Source: Macrostomum lignano
Taxonomy: Eukaryota
Assembly: GCA_002269645.1 (NCBI GenBank)
Contig: NIVC01003862.1
Span: 1-37,320 of the forward strand
Direction: 5' to 3'
Length of the DNA stretch: 37,320 nt
Shown: one piece after another, positions 1-10,300 of the stretch
Position numbering within the stretch: position 1 is the first letter of the stretch
Layout of the letters: each line of letters starts with the position of its first letter
Program-made: the position numbers and the translations under genes
The notes under the pieces: model-generated
The model's input: the letters and a program-made list of their open reading frames with translations, nothing else
What the model was told of the DNA's origin: nothing
The model's database searches: none

Positions 1-639
1 TTGACGTACTAGAAAACTTCAAGTTTCAAAACTTATATTGAACCATGTGTGCGTCTTGATGCATAAACTTTATTAAACCGTTTTCCTTAGAATTTTCACC
101 TAAGCAGGTAAATATTAGAAGAAATTTTAGCTGTTTTTGTTCTCTTGGATTGTCAGTCTCGTAATATCGTATTGAAGCGGGCAGTTGCTACTGCTTGCAG
201 ACTTGAAATTGTATTTGCGGAGAGCAAAAAGTTCTTACAAGCATGTGCGCACAATCAGGTTAAATAGGCCAACGTGCTAGTTAGTCAGTCAACCCCAACC
301 CCCACGTAGCTCAGGCTGGGTGGGCGAACCCCCACCCCTAATCTCCGGGTGGGTGGCGCATAGACGCGGCGTGATGAGGTGGGCGCGAGGGCACCTAAAC
401 GGCCGTCCTCAGGTGCGCTTGCACTCGTCCGCCACAGTATATTGAAAAAGAATTCAGAAGAAAACTTCGGATAGATGAACAAATATGCTATTTTTACATA
501 GAATAATTTATTATTGAGGTTTAACTTCTGTCTAAAAAGTTCGCAAATATGAACAGGTAATTTTGATTTTAAAAATTGCTGGAAAGATTAGTGAATTAAT
601 AAATAAAGTTCACATTTGAGTTGTCAATGTTGTTCAGTA

Positions 640-1381
640 TTAGTTCTGCAGACTGAACTTCACCCAGCCTGGGTTCGTCTCGATGCTCTCCTCCACTTGG
701 GCATCCGTGAACAGCAGCAGGCGGCAGTCGTGCAGCTTCCTGTGGTACAGCGCATGTCGGCAGGTTCTCGCTCGCATGCAGGCGGCCACGCAAGCGACCG
801 AATTTTTCACCTTCTTCAGATCGCTATAGCAGTACTCGGTGTTGCGGTTGAAGTGCCGAGCCTTGAAAGCTGCTGGTCTCCAAGTGGTTTGACTCGAAGT
901 TTCAGTCTGCAGCGCGGCGACGTATTCACACATGAAGCCGCGCAGGTTCGAGCAGGGGAGATCAGCCAACTTGCCCGGAGCATTTTTGCTGCATGATTAA
1001 ACAGTCCCGGTTTTTGTCAATATTATTAGGTTCTTCGGTCCCCCACAATGTATCATTAAGCGGCAGAACTCCTTTGTTGTTGATCAAATGCCAGCTAGAC
1101 CTGCTCCTGTCTCTCTCGTCAGGCAAGTCGGTGACTCCAAGCCAAAGATGATTGGGAACCGAAATTGACATGCTGCCAAGCAGGATCAGGGTGCCGTAGT
1201 TGCTGACCAGCTCGCCTCCAATGGACATGCACTCAGCGTTCGCTTTGCACCACGTGTAACTGTTTAACTCACTAATATGGACGCACTTGCCAGCCCGGAG
1301 GCTGTAAGGCTGGGGGCACAAACTACCGAATGCCAGTGGCAGGAAATTTGCAAACCAAATATTCATTGAAAGCAAACGCAT
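640..1381 (-). CDS. Secreted C-type lectin domain + C-terminal PAN/apple-like domain protein (~246 aa if repaired), intronless, interrupted by a 1-nt frameshift
   Basis: ORF 962..1399 has a signal-like N-terminus (MRLLSMNIWFANFLPLAFGS, ATG at 1381) and CTL motifs (C..KC, WCKANAEC, WLGVTD, W..EPNN...DC). ORF 640..969 supplies the CTL end (ADLPCS...FMCE) and a PAN-like Cys pattern (CVAACMRARTC...DCRL). Removing one base from the T5 run at 983-987 joins them as MQQNAPGKLADLPC. Confidence 0.8.
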
Positions 1382-1817
1382 TTTCCAGTCACTCGGCAAA
1401 GGCTTTGACGATTTTTAGTGGGACGAATTGTAAAGCTTTTAGGTGTCCTATCTGCTCGTTATACGTTATCGTATTTATCTAATCCACGGTGCTTGAAAAT
1501 GCTCCATAAAATGAAAAAAATCCATCAAGCAATTCTATAAGGCAGTTCAGAAACCACTCTGACTATCATGAAAAATGGATCTGCTAGACTTCGAAATTAG
1601 GTTACGGTTGCGCCAACATGGGAGACACAAACACAATGACTGATACCTAATGACATAAAATGATTGACAGAAACATTTTAGATACTCATAGAGTTTCTCA
1701 TTTCCAAAAAATTGGCAGTTTGAAGTGCCCTTTAAACGGAATCTCTCACAGGCAAAGCGTGAAACATTTTATCGTCATTTATGTGATATCTGGGAGCCAA
1801 AAACGTTAAAGACTTGC

Positions 1818-4144
1818 GTCTCAGTGTTTTAGAATCTCAGTGTCTCAATATCTCAGTATCTCAGTGTCTCAGTGTCTCAGTGTTTTAGAATCTCAGTGTC
1901 TCAGTGTCTCAGTGTCTCAGTGTCTCAGTGTCTCAGTGTTTTAGAATCTCAGTGTCTCAATATCTCAGTATCTCAGTGTCTCAGTGTCTCAGTGTTTTAG
2001 AATCTCAGTGTCTCAATATCTCAGTATCTCAGTGTCTCAGTGTCTCAGTGTTTTAGAATCTCAGTGTCTCAGTGTCTCAGTGTCTCAGTGTCTCAGTGTC
2101 TCAGTGTTTTAGAATCTCAGTGTCTCAATATCTCAGTATCTCAGTGTCTCAGTGTCTCAGTGTTTTAGAATCTCAGTGTCTCAATATCTCAGTATCTCAG
2201 TGTCTCAGTGTCTCAGTGTCTCAGTGTCTCAGTGTCTCAATATCTCAGTATCTCAGTGTCTCAGTGTCTCAGTGTCTCAGTGTCTCAGTGTCTCAATATC
2301 TCAGTATCTCAGTGTCTCAGTGTCTCAGTGTCTCAGTGTCTCAGTGTCTCAGTGTCTCAATATCTCAGTATCTCAGTGTCTCAGTGTCTCAGTGTCTCAG
2401 TGTCTCAGTGTCTCAGTGTCTCAGTGTCTCAGTATCTCAGTGTCTCAGTGTCTCAATGTCTCAGTAACTCAGTAACTCAGTGCCTCAGTATCTCAGTATC
2501 TCAGTGTCTCAGTATCTCAGTATCTCAGTGTCTCAGTATCTCAGTGTCTCAGTGTCTCAGTGTCTCATTTTCGCAGTGTCTCAGTGTCTCAGTGTCTCAA
2601 TGTCTCAGTGTCTCAGTGTCTCAGTGTCTCAGTGTCTCAGTGTCTCAGTGTCTCAGTGTCTCAGTGTCTCAGTATCTCAGTGTCTCAGTGTCTCAGTGTC
2701 TCAGTGTCTCAGTGTCTCAGTGTCTCAGTGTCTCAATGTCTCAGTATCTCAGTGTCTCAGTGTCTCAGTGTCTCAGTGTCTCAGTGTCTCAGTGTCTCAG
2801 TGTCTCAGTGTCTCAGTATCTCAGTGTCTCAGTATCTCAGTGTCTCAGTGTCTCAGTGTCTCAGTATCTCAGTGTCTCAGTGTCTCAATATCTCAGTATC
2901 TCAGTGTCTCAGTGTCTCAGTGTCTCAGTGTCTCAGTGTCTCAGTGTCTCAGTATCTCAGTGTCTCAGTGTCTCAGTGTCTCAGTGTCTCAGTGTCTCAG
3001 TGTCTCAGTGTCTCAATATCTCAGTATCTCAGTGTCTCAGTGTCTCAGTGTCTCAGTGTCTCAGTGTCTCAGTGTCTCAGTGTCTCAGTGTCTCAGTATC
3101 TCAGTGTCTCAGTATCTCAGTGTCTCAGTTTCTCAGTATCTCAGTGTCTCAGTGTCTCAATATCTCAGTATCTCAGTGTCTCAGTGTCTCAGTGTCTCAG
3201 TGTCTCAGTGTCTCAGTGTCTCAGTGTCTCAGTGTCTCAGTGTCTCAGTGTCTCAGTATCTCAGTGTCTCAGTGTCTCAGTGTCTCAGTGTCTCAGTGTC
3301 TCAGTGTCTCAGTGTCTCAATATCTCAGTATCTCAGTGTCTCAGTGTCTCAGTGTCTCAGTGTCTCAGTGTCTCAGTGTCTCAGTGTCTCAGTGTCTCAG
3401 TATCTCAGTGTCTCAGTATCTCAGTGTCTCAGTGTCTCAGTGTCTCAGTATCTCAGTGTCTCAGTGTCTCAATATCTCAGTATCTCAGTGTCTCAGTGTC
3501 TCAGTGTCTCAGTGTCTCAGTGTCTCAGTGTCTCAGTGTCTCAGTGTCTCAGTATCTCAGTGTCTCAGTGTCTCAGTGTCTCAGTGTCTCAGTGTCTCAG
3601 TGTCTCAGTGTCTCAGTGTCTCAGTATCTCAGTGTCTCAGTGTCTCAGTATCTCAGTGTCTCAGTGTCTCAGTGTCTCAGTGTCTCAGTGTCTCAGTGTC
3701 TCAGTGTCTCAGTGTCTCAGTATCTCAGTGTCTCAGTGTCTCAGTATCTCAGTGTCTCAGTGTCTCAGTGTCTCAGTGTCTCAATGTCTCAGTATCTCAG
3801 TGTCTCAGTGTCTCAGTGTCTCAGTATCTCAGTGTCTCAGTGTCTCAATGTCTCAGTATCTCAGTGTCTCAGTGTCTCAGTATCTCAGTGTCTCAATGTC
3901 TCAGTATCTCAGTGTCTCAGTGTCTCAGTATCTCAGTGTCTCAGTGTCTCAGTATCTCAGTGTCTCAATGTCTCAGTATCTCAGTGTCTCAATGTCTCAG
4001 TATCTCAGTGTCTCAGTGTCTCAGTGTCTCAGTGTCTCAGTGTCTCAGTGTCTCAGTGTCTCAGTGTCTCAGTGTCTCAATGTCGCAGTGTCTCAGTGTC
4101 TCAGTGTCTCAGTGTCTCAGTGTCTCAGTGTCTCAGTGTCTCAG
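1818..4144 (+). repeat. 8-bp tandem satellite, consensus TGTCTCAG, ~290 units
   Basis: Directly visible. Variants TATCTCAG, TGTCTCAA, TGTTTTAG, AATCTCAG and TAACTCAG are all 8 bp. The long SVSQCL ORFs are translation artefacts of the repeat. Confidence 0.98.
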
Positions 4145-4213
4145 AGCACAGTGCTGTAATGGATCATTAAGCTTCGCTTGTATTTTATAACTAAGCAGAC
4201 AGAACACTTTAGA

Positions 4214-4224
4214 TTTATTTTATT
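4214..4224 (-). promoter_or_regulatory. Candidate polyadenylation signals (overlapping AATAAA) of the CNBD gene
   Basis: Plus-strand TTTATTTTATT, ~110 nt downstream of the minus-strand TGA at 4334-4336. Confidence 0.4.
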
Positions 4225-4333
4225 TCCATTAATCAGGAACTGAAATTAATACCCACTCAAATCCAAAGTAAACAAATTGAGTCATAATCTTCCTGTATGA
4301 AAAATTTGTTCAGCCCAGAACCGATTTTAAAAA

Positions 4334-7300
4334 TCACTTTCTATCAACGCCTGTCAGCGGACGAGTGAGCTTCTTCTCCTCCATCAACGCCTCGACCAGC
4401 ATCCGCTTGTAGGCCTCCCAATCCATGGCTGACTGCAGCCGGCGCTGCAGCTCCTCGCGACTCGGAAACTGATCGATCTGGTTGCGCAGCCTGTCCAGCA
4501 GCTTTCTGGGCGCCTGCTCGATGAAGAATTGCCGGTCGAGCAGTAGGCATTCCGCCCCGTTGCTAACCACGCACAGGCTCGGCTGTTGGTTGCGCTGCGA
4601 CGAGCCCGTCGGCTGCTGGAACAGGTGCTGAAGACCGAAGACGCCACCACGGGTCAGGGTGCACAGGCGAACGAACTCAGGACTACCCGATACCGGCAGT
4701 TCCTGCGAGGAAGTATCTTTTTATGGTTAATGGCTTAGTAAACACGGGTTTCTGCTGCTGAAAGAGTATGTACGCAGCTTTCTACAATTGAAGTGTTTTA
4801 TTTAATTAAAATTGCATCGTTTTCCTAGAAAACTTAGAAAGTGCTACAATTGAAGCCGAACTATATTTTTTAACTTTTTGTGTGATAATGGTGTCTTCAA
4901 TTAATTTGTTATAACTATTTAACTTTTAATCCTAAAAATGCTATAATTTTTTCATTCTTCTCTAACCTAGATTGCTGTCTTGTTTATCCACGACGCAGGC
5001 ATCCCCTTTTGAATTAAGGAGCTCAATGGTTCAAGAGTTCTCAGAAAACATGATTGTGGTCATGCAAGATGAATCAGACACAGGAAGTTAAGTTTCTCAA
5101 ATCAAAGCCAAAATAATTGAATTTATCCGATTCTCTTAGTACAATCACTGAGTTGGTTAGATGACGTCACTCACCAGCACTCCGTCGTCCAATTCGTCAT
5201 AGAACGTCTTTCGTCCCATTCGAACGGTTGTTGAACCGTCTTGGCCTTGAACTGGAAACGCATCAGAGTAAAGTGTATCGATGATAATGAACGCTGTTAT
5301 GAAGGTAGACACATTTTTGTCAGGCGAGTTTACATGTAGCATGGAAGGCATGTAAGAGAGTGAAGATATGTACACTCTCTGTGGATCATGGCTAAAATTA
5401 AGTTAAATTAAGCCCTCTTCGATGTAAATCGCAGGTCGCAAAACGTTGGAGTTGGTGTTGGACCCACGTACCGCGAGCTTGCTTCAAACCTGTCAGTCGC
5501 AGTTAGTTTGCAAATGAACGTCCAGCTCACTCACCAGACTCCTCCTTGGAGAAAAAGTTGGCCTGAAAGTGTTTAAATGAGATAATTTATTAAATATTTG
5601 AGCTGTGTGTAAACTCTTCTAAAACAAATTCGATTAAGTCACAAATGTTCAAGCGCCTACCATTGCTTGACTCTTAGTCTCAACGCTCAACGGTCGCTGC
5701 TGCTTCAGCCTGACTCTACCGGCGGATTTAGCCGCAGAGCCGCGAGCTCTCGCGCCTCTGATACTCGCAGAATTTTGCGAAGTCAAAGTCGCGGCAGCTA
5801 CCGTCAGCGGTCTGTCTGGACGGTCAACCAACTGCAGCTGTCTGCTCTCAGCGCCGGCCGGCAGTGCCGACCTGGCCGGTCGGAACATCCCAGTGCTGTC
5901 GTAGAACTGCCACAAGTATGGCGCGGCTTCTTCAATGAGGCGCCGCTGGTGGCTGGTTTGCAGCAGCTCACCGGATGCGTTGGCCACTAGCGGTTGCGTC
6001 TTTTGTAGAGCAAACAGTACTTGAGCGCTTCCCTTGATATCGGCGAAAAAAAGGCAAAATTCTGTTAATAATTAGATGATTCAGTAACGTAATAAGGTGC
6101 ATTAAAACCAGCTATAAACGCAGCCTGCTCTAATGGGCAGCTGTGCAACCGACAGCTCAGCCGCAGCTATTGCGCGGCGCATCTGAAGGCATCTGAAGGC
6201 TCATCCCGTGTTGATTGACAGTCGATAAAAAGCCGATAAACGGTAAAATAAACAATCGTAAAAGACATCGTTTAAATATAAATTTTACTGCCCGAGATAA
6301 ACATACATATTATTTCCAGATAAATGTGAGCAACATTTCTGTTTCTAAGCCAAATTGTCACATCTATTATTTTTATTATTCTTTCTTTTTCAAAACGAAA
6401 ACCCGGAAAACCACAGTAATATGTAAATGTTGCAAAGAGCACAATGCACTCACAGACTTGACAATGTAGATCCATCGGGATGCACGGCTGTTCTTTACCA
6501 TTACAACGGATCTTCTGCAACAGATTGTGTTGATTAAAGATGACTAGCCTGTCTGAAAACGGCTCAAACTTAAAAAAGAAACTGCGACGCCCTACTTAAA
6601 GTAGCAGAACATGAACTTGGCATGCTGCTTCTGCAGATGCTGAATCGGCCAGCCGCGTAGGAAATCCAGACTCCTGCAAAGTCAATAATAAAACTTTAAC
6701 TCCAATGCTTCAATGCTTCCCCAGAGTCACTGCAGAGATCAAGTCTCCAAAAGCGTTACCTGACAAATTCTTCGTGATCCGGGTCTGTAACGGTTTTCTG
6801 CCCTCCTTGCATAAAAATTGCTTCGTAAGCCTGAAAAATTCGTCGGGAGTCGTCTTGCACAAAATTTACACCCATGAGGGCCAACCCCAAAGGAACAGAG
6901 AGTACATGCTTGAAGATTAGAAATTCAGAGCCGCTGTAAACCCTGAAATTAAGGGCTTCTCTATCGCCTTGTTTATTTAAAATAAGCAGTGTTCAACACG
7001 GCTTTTCTGCAGCGGAACCCAAACGACTATGGAACTAACCACAACACTCACTTCTGCTACCCCGGACTGATGACTTGAAATTATTTAACAAGTCATAGGG
7101 AATCAGGTCTGATTTTAGTCTCTTTCGTTGTTACTTAATTAGGCTATAATTATGTTTCTCAGCTTATAACTCTGTACATGAAATACTGAGTGTTTCGGCA
7201 CAAACTCATCCCGCTTGCATTTTCAATCTGTCCCTGTGTGACTAAACTAAACTCTTACCGGAATATCGATGGCAAGAAAGTCGCAGTCGGTCTTGCAGAC

Positions 7301-10300
7301 AACCGTGCTCTGTCGCTGACTCCGATTGACAATCGCCAACTCGCCGAAGCTGTCGCCTTTGTTCAACTCAACCACGGTGTGAGCAGTGTCAGCTGACTGG
7401 TCCAGAACGCACACCAGAACTGCAGGATTGAGAAGCAACATTTACTCAATATTACTCAAAACTGTAAAGGCGGTAAGATGTTTTGCTCGTGCTCTCCAAT
7501 TGTTGCCTTTGCTCTCTCCCTCCGGCTGTTCCGCTAATTGATTATCCCTGCCCTGATGGGCAGATGTGCAACCGACAGATCAGCCGCAGCTATTGCGCGG
7601 CGCATCTGAAGGCTGCGTACGGCTGTTCAGTCCAAGGACTGGGGGGTCGCCACACACACCCTCAGTTACCCAGGTAATGCTGGCACCCATTTTACAGCTG
7701 GTTGAACTGAAGCAATGCAGAGTTAAGTGTCTTGCTCAAGGACACAAATTGTTCCTGTGTAATGGGGAATCGAACCCACGACCTTCAAGTCGTGTGTCCG
7801 ACGCTCTAACTACTAGGCTACAGCCCCCTAGAGTACTAACCAACAAACTATGAACAACTGCAAGCAACAATGACCACGAGCAAGGAATGTAAATTTCTAC
7901 CAAAATGTAGCTCGTAGAGGCTTTAGTACAATGTAGAAAAGTCAAATCGTGTAAATTCTTACTACTCGTAGTAAAGTTTCCATGATACTAATAACACTCA
8001 AAATACGCTTCCGCAGGACAAGAGCAACTCACTGATTGTTAGACCCTCCAACGTTTTGTACAAAATATCTCTTTACAATCTGCATAGAAAGTTTACTCAC
8101 CAACACCATAGGTGATGAAGTAGAACGCGTGAGCCGGGTCATTCTGCCGCACAATAACTCGACCAGATTCATAGCTGTCAACGGCCGATCGATTTCTAAT
8201 AAGCTTAATAAAAGTTTGAATAGAATCAAGCCCCCGCGAGTTTACCTTTCCAGCACTCCCATTCGGGCTAGATTCCGCTGCATCCGCACCGGATAGTCAG
8301 CCAGCTGCTGAATGCCTCTGAGCGCAATCACCGCCTGGAAATGAGCAGTTCACGGATTTACAAAATGTCGGGGTTTAGCCAGTACTGCCTCCTGTTAATA
8401 CGGTCTCATATTTTTATTACAGACATAAAAGCTAGCACTTTTGTTGATTGAATTTTTCACACAAGTTTTTCTTAACTTTGGGCCTTCAAGTAACATTTAT
8501 TATTTAATGAAGTAGTACATACAAACTCACCAAAGGTCCTTTCATTTTGCTGAATTCATTTGTAAGCCTTTTAGAGTAGCAATATACGCCCCCCGTTGAA
8601 GAGAACAAAAAGAATGTAATAAAAGAATTAATTTTAAGTAAACTACATGTATCTCCTGACTTCAGCCTTTATATCTCAGCAATTCCCCCAGCAAGCCTTG
8701 ACATCTCAGCAATTCCCCCGAGCAAGCCTTGACTTCTGAGCAATTCCCCCTGTTAGCCTTGACATCTCAGCAATTCCCCGCAGCAAGCCTTGACATCTCA
8801 GCAATTCCCCCAGCAAGCCTTGACAACTCAGCAATTCCTCAGCAAGTCTTGACATCTCAGCAATTCTCCCCAGCAAGCCTTGACAACTCAGCAATTCCTC
8901 AGCAAGTCTTGACATCTCAGCAATTCTCCCCAGCAAGCCTTGGCATCTCAGCAATTCCCCCAGCAAGCCTTGAAATCTCAGCAATTCCCCCAGTAATTCT
9001 TGACATCTCAGCAATTCCCCCAGCAAGCCTTGAGATCTCAGCAATTCCTCAGCAAGTCTTGACATCTCAGCAATTCCTCAGCAAGTCTTGACATCTCAGC
9101 AATTCTCCCCAGCAAGCCTTGGCATCTCAGCAATTCCCCCAGCAAGCCTTGAAATCTCAGCAATTCCCCCAGTAATTCTTGACATCTCAGCAATTCCCCC
9201 AGCAAGCCTTGAGATCTCAGCAATTCCTCAGCAAGTCTTGACATCTCAGCAATTCCCCCAGCAAGCCTTGGCATCTCAGCAATTCCTCAGCAAGCCCTGA
9301 CATCTTAGCAATTCCCCAGTAAGCCGTGACATCTTAGCAATTCCCTCCCAGACTTGACACAGCTATTCCCCCGAGCAAAGCATCCCCCGATAGCAATAAG
9401 CTTTTTAGATTTGCCAAAAAACATCCTGCACTTTTGATTTGCATTAACTCCGCCCGATGTCACTAACATAGTTAATCTCTTCCTCACTGCGCTCCTCCGG
9501 ACACTTGGCCAAAACTCTTCGCGTCTCAGCTGACAGCCGCATCTGCCGGTTGGCTTTGAACTCGGCCTTGTTGAACACCGAGTAGCGACCGCCGCCGAAG
9601 CTACTGTTGCTGCTGCGGCTCAAGTCTATGGTCTGCTGCTGCGAGCGGAACGTGTTGCCCAATCTGCGGCTGCAACGAGGGGATTGGCGACAGCTCTTTT
9701 ATAAAGACTACCCTGAGCAGGCACACGAGCGGGGGATACGTACGCAGTCATACGAACAGGCACACACTCACACAGGAGTGTACAGCGGCACAAACTTTAT
9801 TTATCGTTAGGCATGTACACTTCACTGTGCCTTGGGGGTTGGCCCTCAAGGCCGTTAATTGCACGAGCAGAGCCAAGCCGATATTCCAATTCAGCTCCAA
9901 ATTAATGTGACTGCACTTGGAATCGAGCCTGGGCCGCTGGCAAATACGCATATAGAGATCTACGCTAGACCACGGGGCTACGGTCTGACTTTCTGTTTCA
10001 TACAGAGCAAGAAAATTCAATTTGAAGATGGTATAAATCGACACGATTATGAACAAGATAGATTTCTCACCAAGTCAGACGGTGTTGACAGCACAGCCTG
10101 AACACGGCAATCACTAGACGATAGTAAAAGTTCAACTGAAGCCGCAGCTGCTTCTGAAAAATGCAAAATGACGAGGTGTAGGCTATGGAAAATGTCTGCA
10201 TTCAAAAGATACCTTCGAATGGCCAGTTATGACGAATAATAAAAGAGGGCTGTAGACACCCTAGCGCAACGCCTTTTGGTGACATCTTCACAATTGACTG

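Noticed and set aside
1536-1735. Kolobok-like element (right end GTGCCCTTTAA)
   Set aside because: The only candidate left end is a weak match and lacks a TTAA duplication.
2072-4190. Very long ORFs (up to 660 aa, SVSQCL repeats)
   Set aside because: All three plus frames are open only because the 8-bp unit has no stop codon. There is no unique coding sequence.
6033-6064. Canonical CAG acceptor at 6064-6062 for CNBD exon 11
   Set aside because: It gives the wrong phase after the WIYIVKS exon. The AAG at 6035-6033 yields the expected KSGS motif.
7067-7095. CTGATGA hammerhead core followed by a 7-bp inverted repeat
   Set aside because: No GAAA after the stem, and no stem I or III.
7745-7828. 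tRNA gene (also 11615-11690 and 9910-9985)
   Set aside because: A/B boxes are present, but I could not fold a complete cloverleaf, and each runs directly into a SINE body.
8525-8620. Extra CNBD exon suggested by a GTGAGT donor at 8525-8530
   Set aside because: Exons 9669-9468 and 8334-8246 already join in phase into a sensible sequence, and the segment has no domain-like content.
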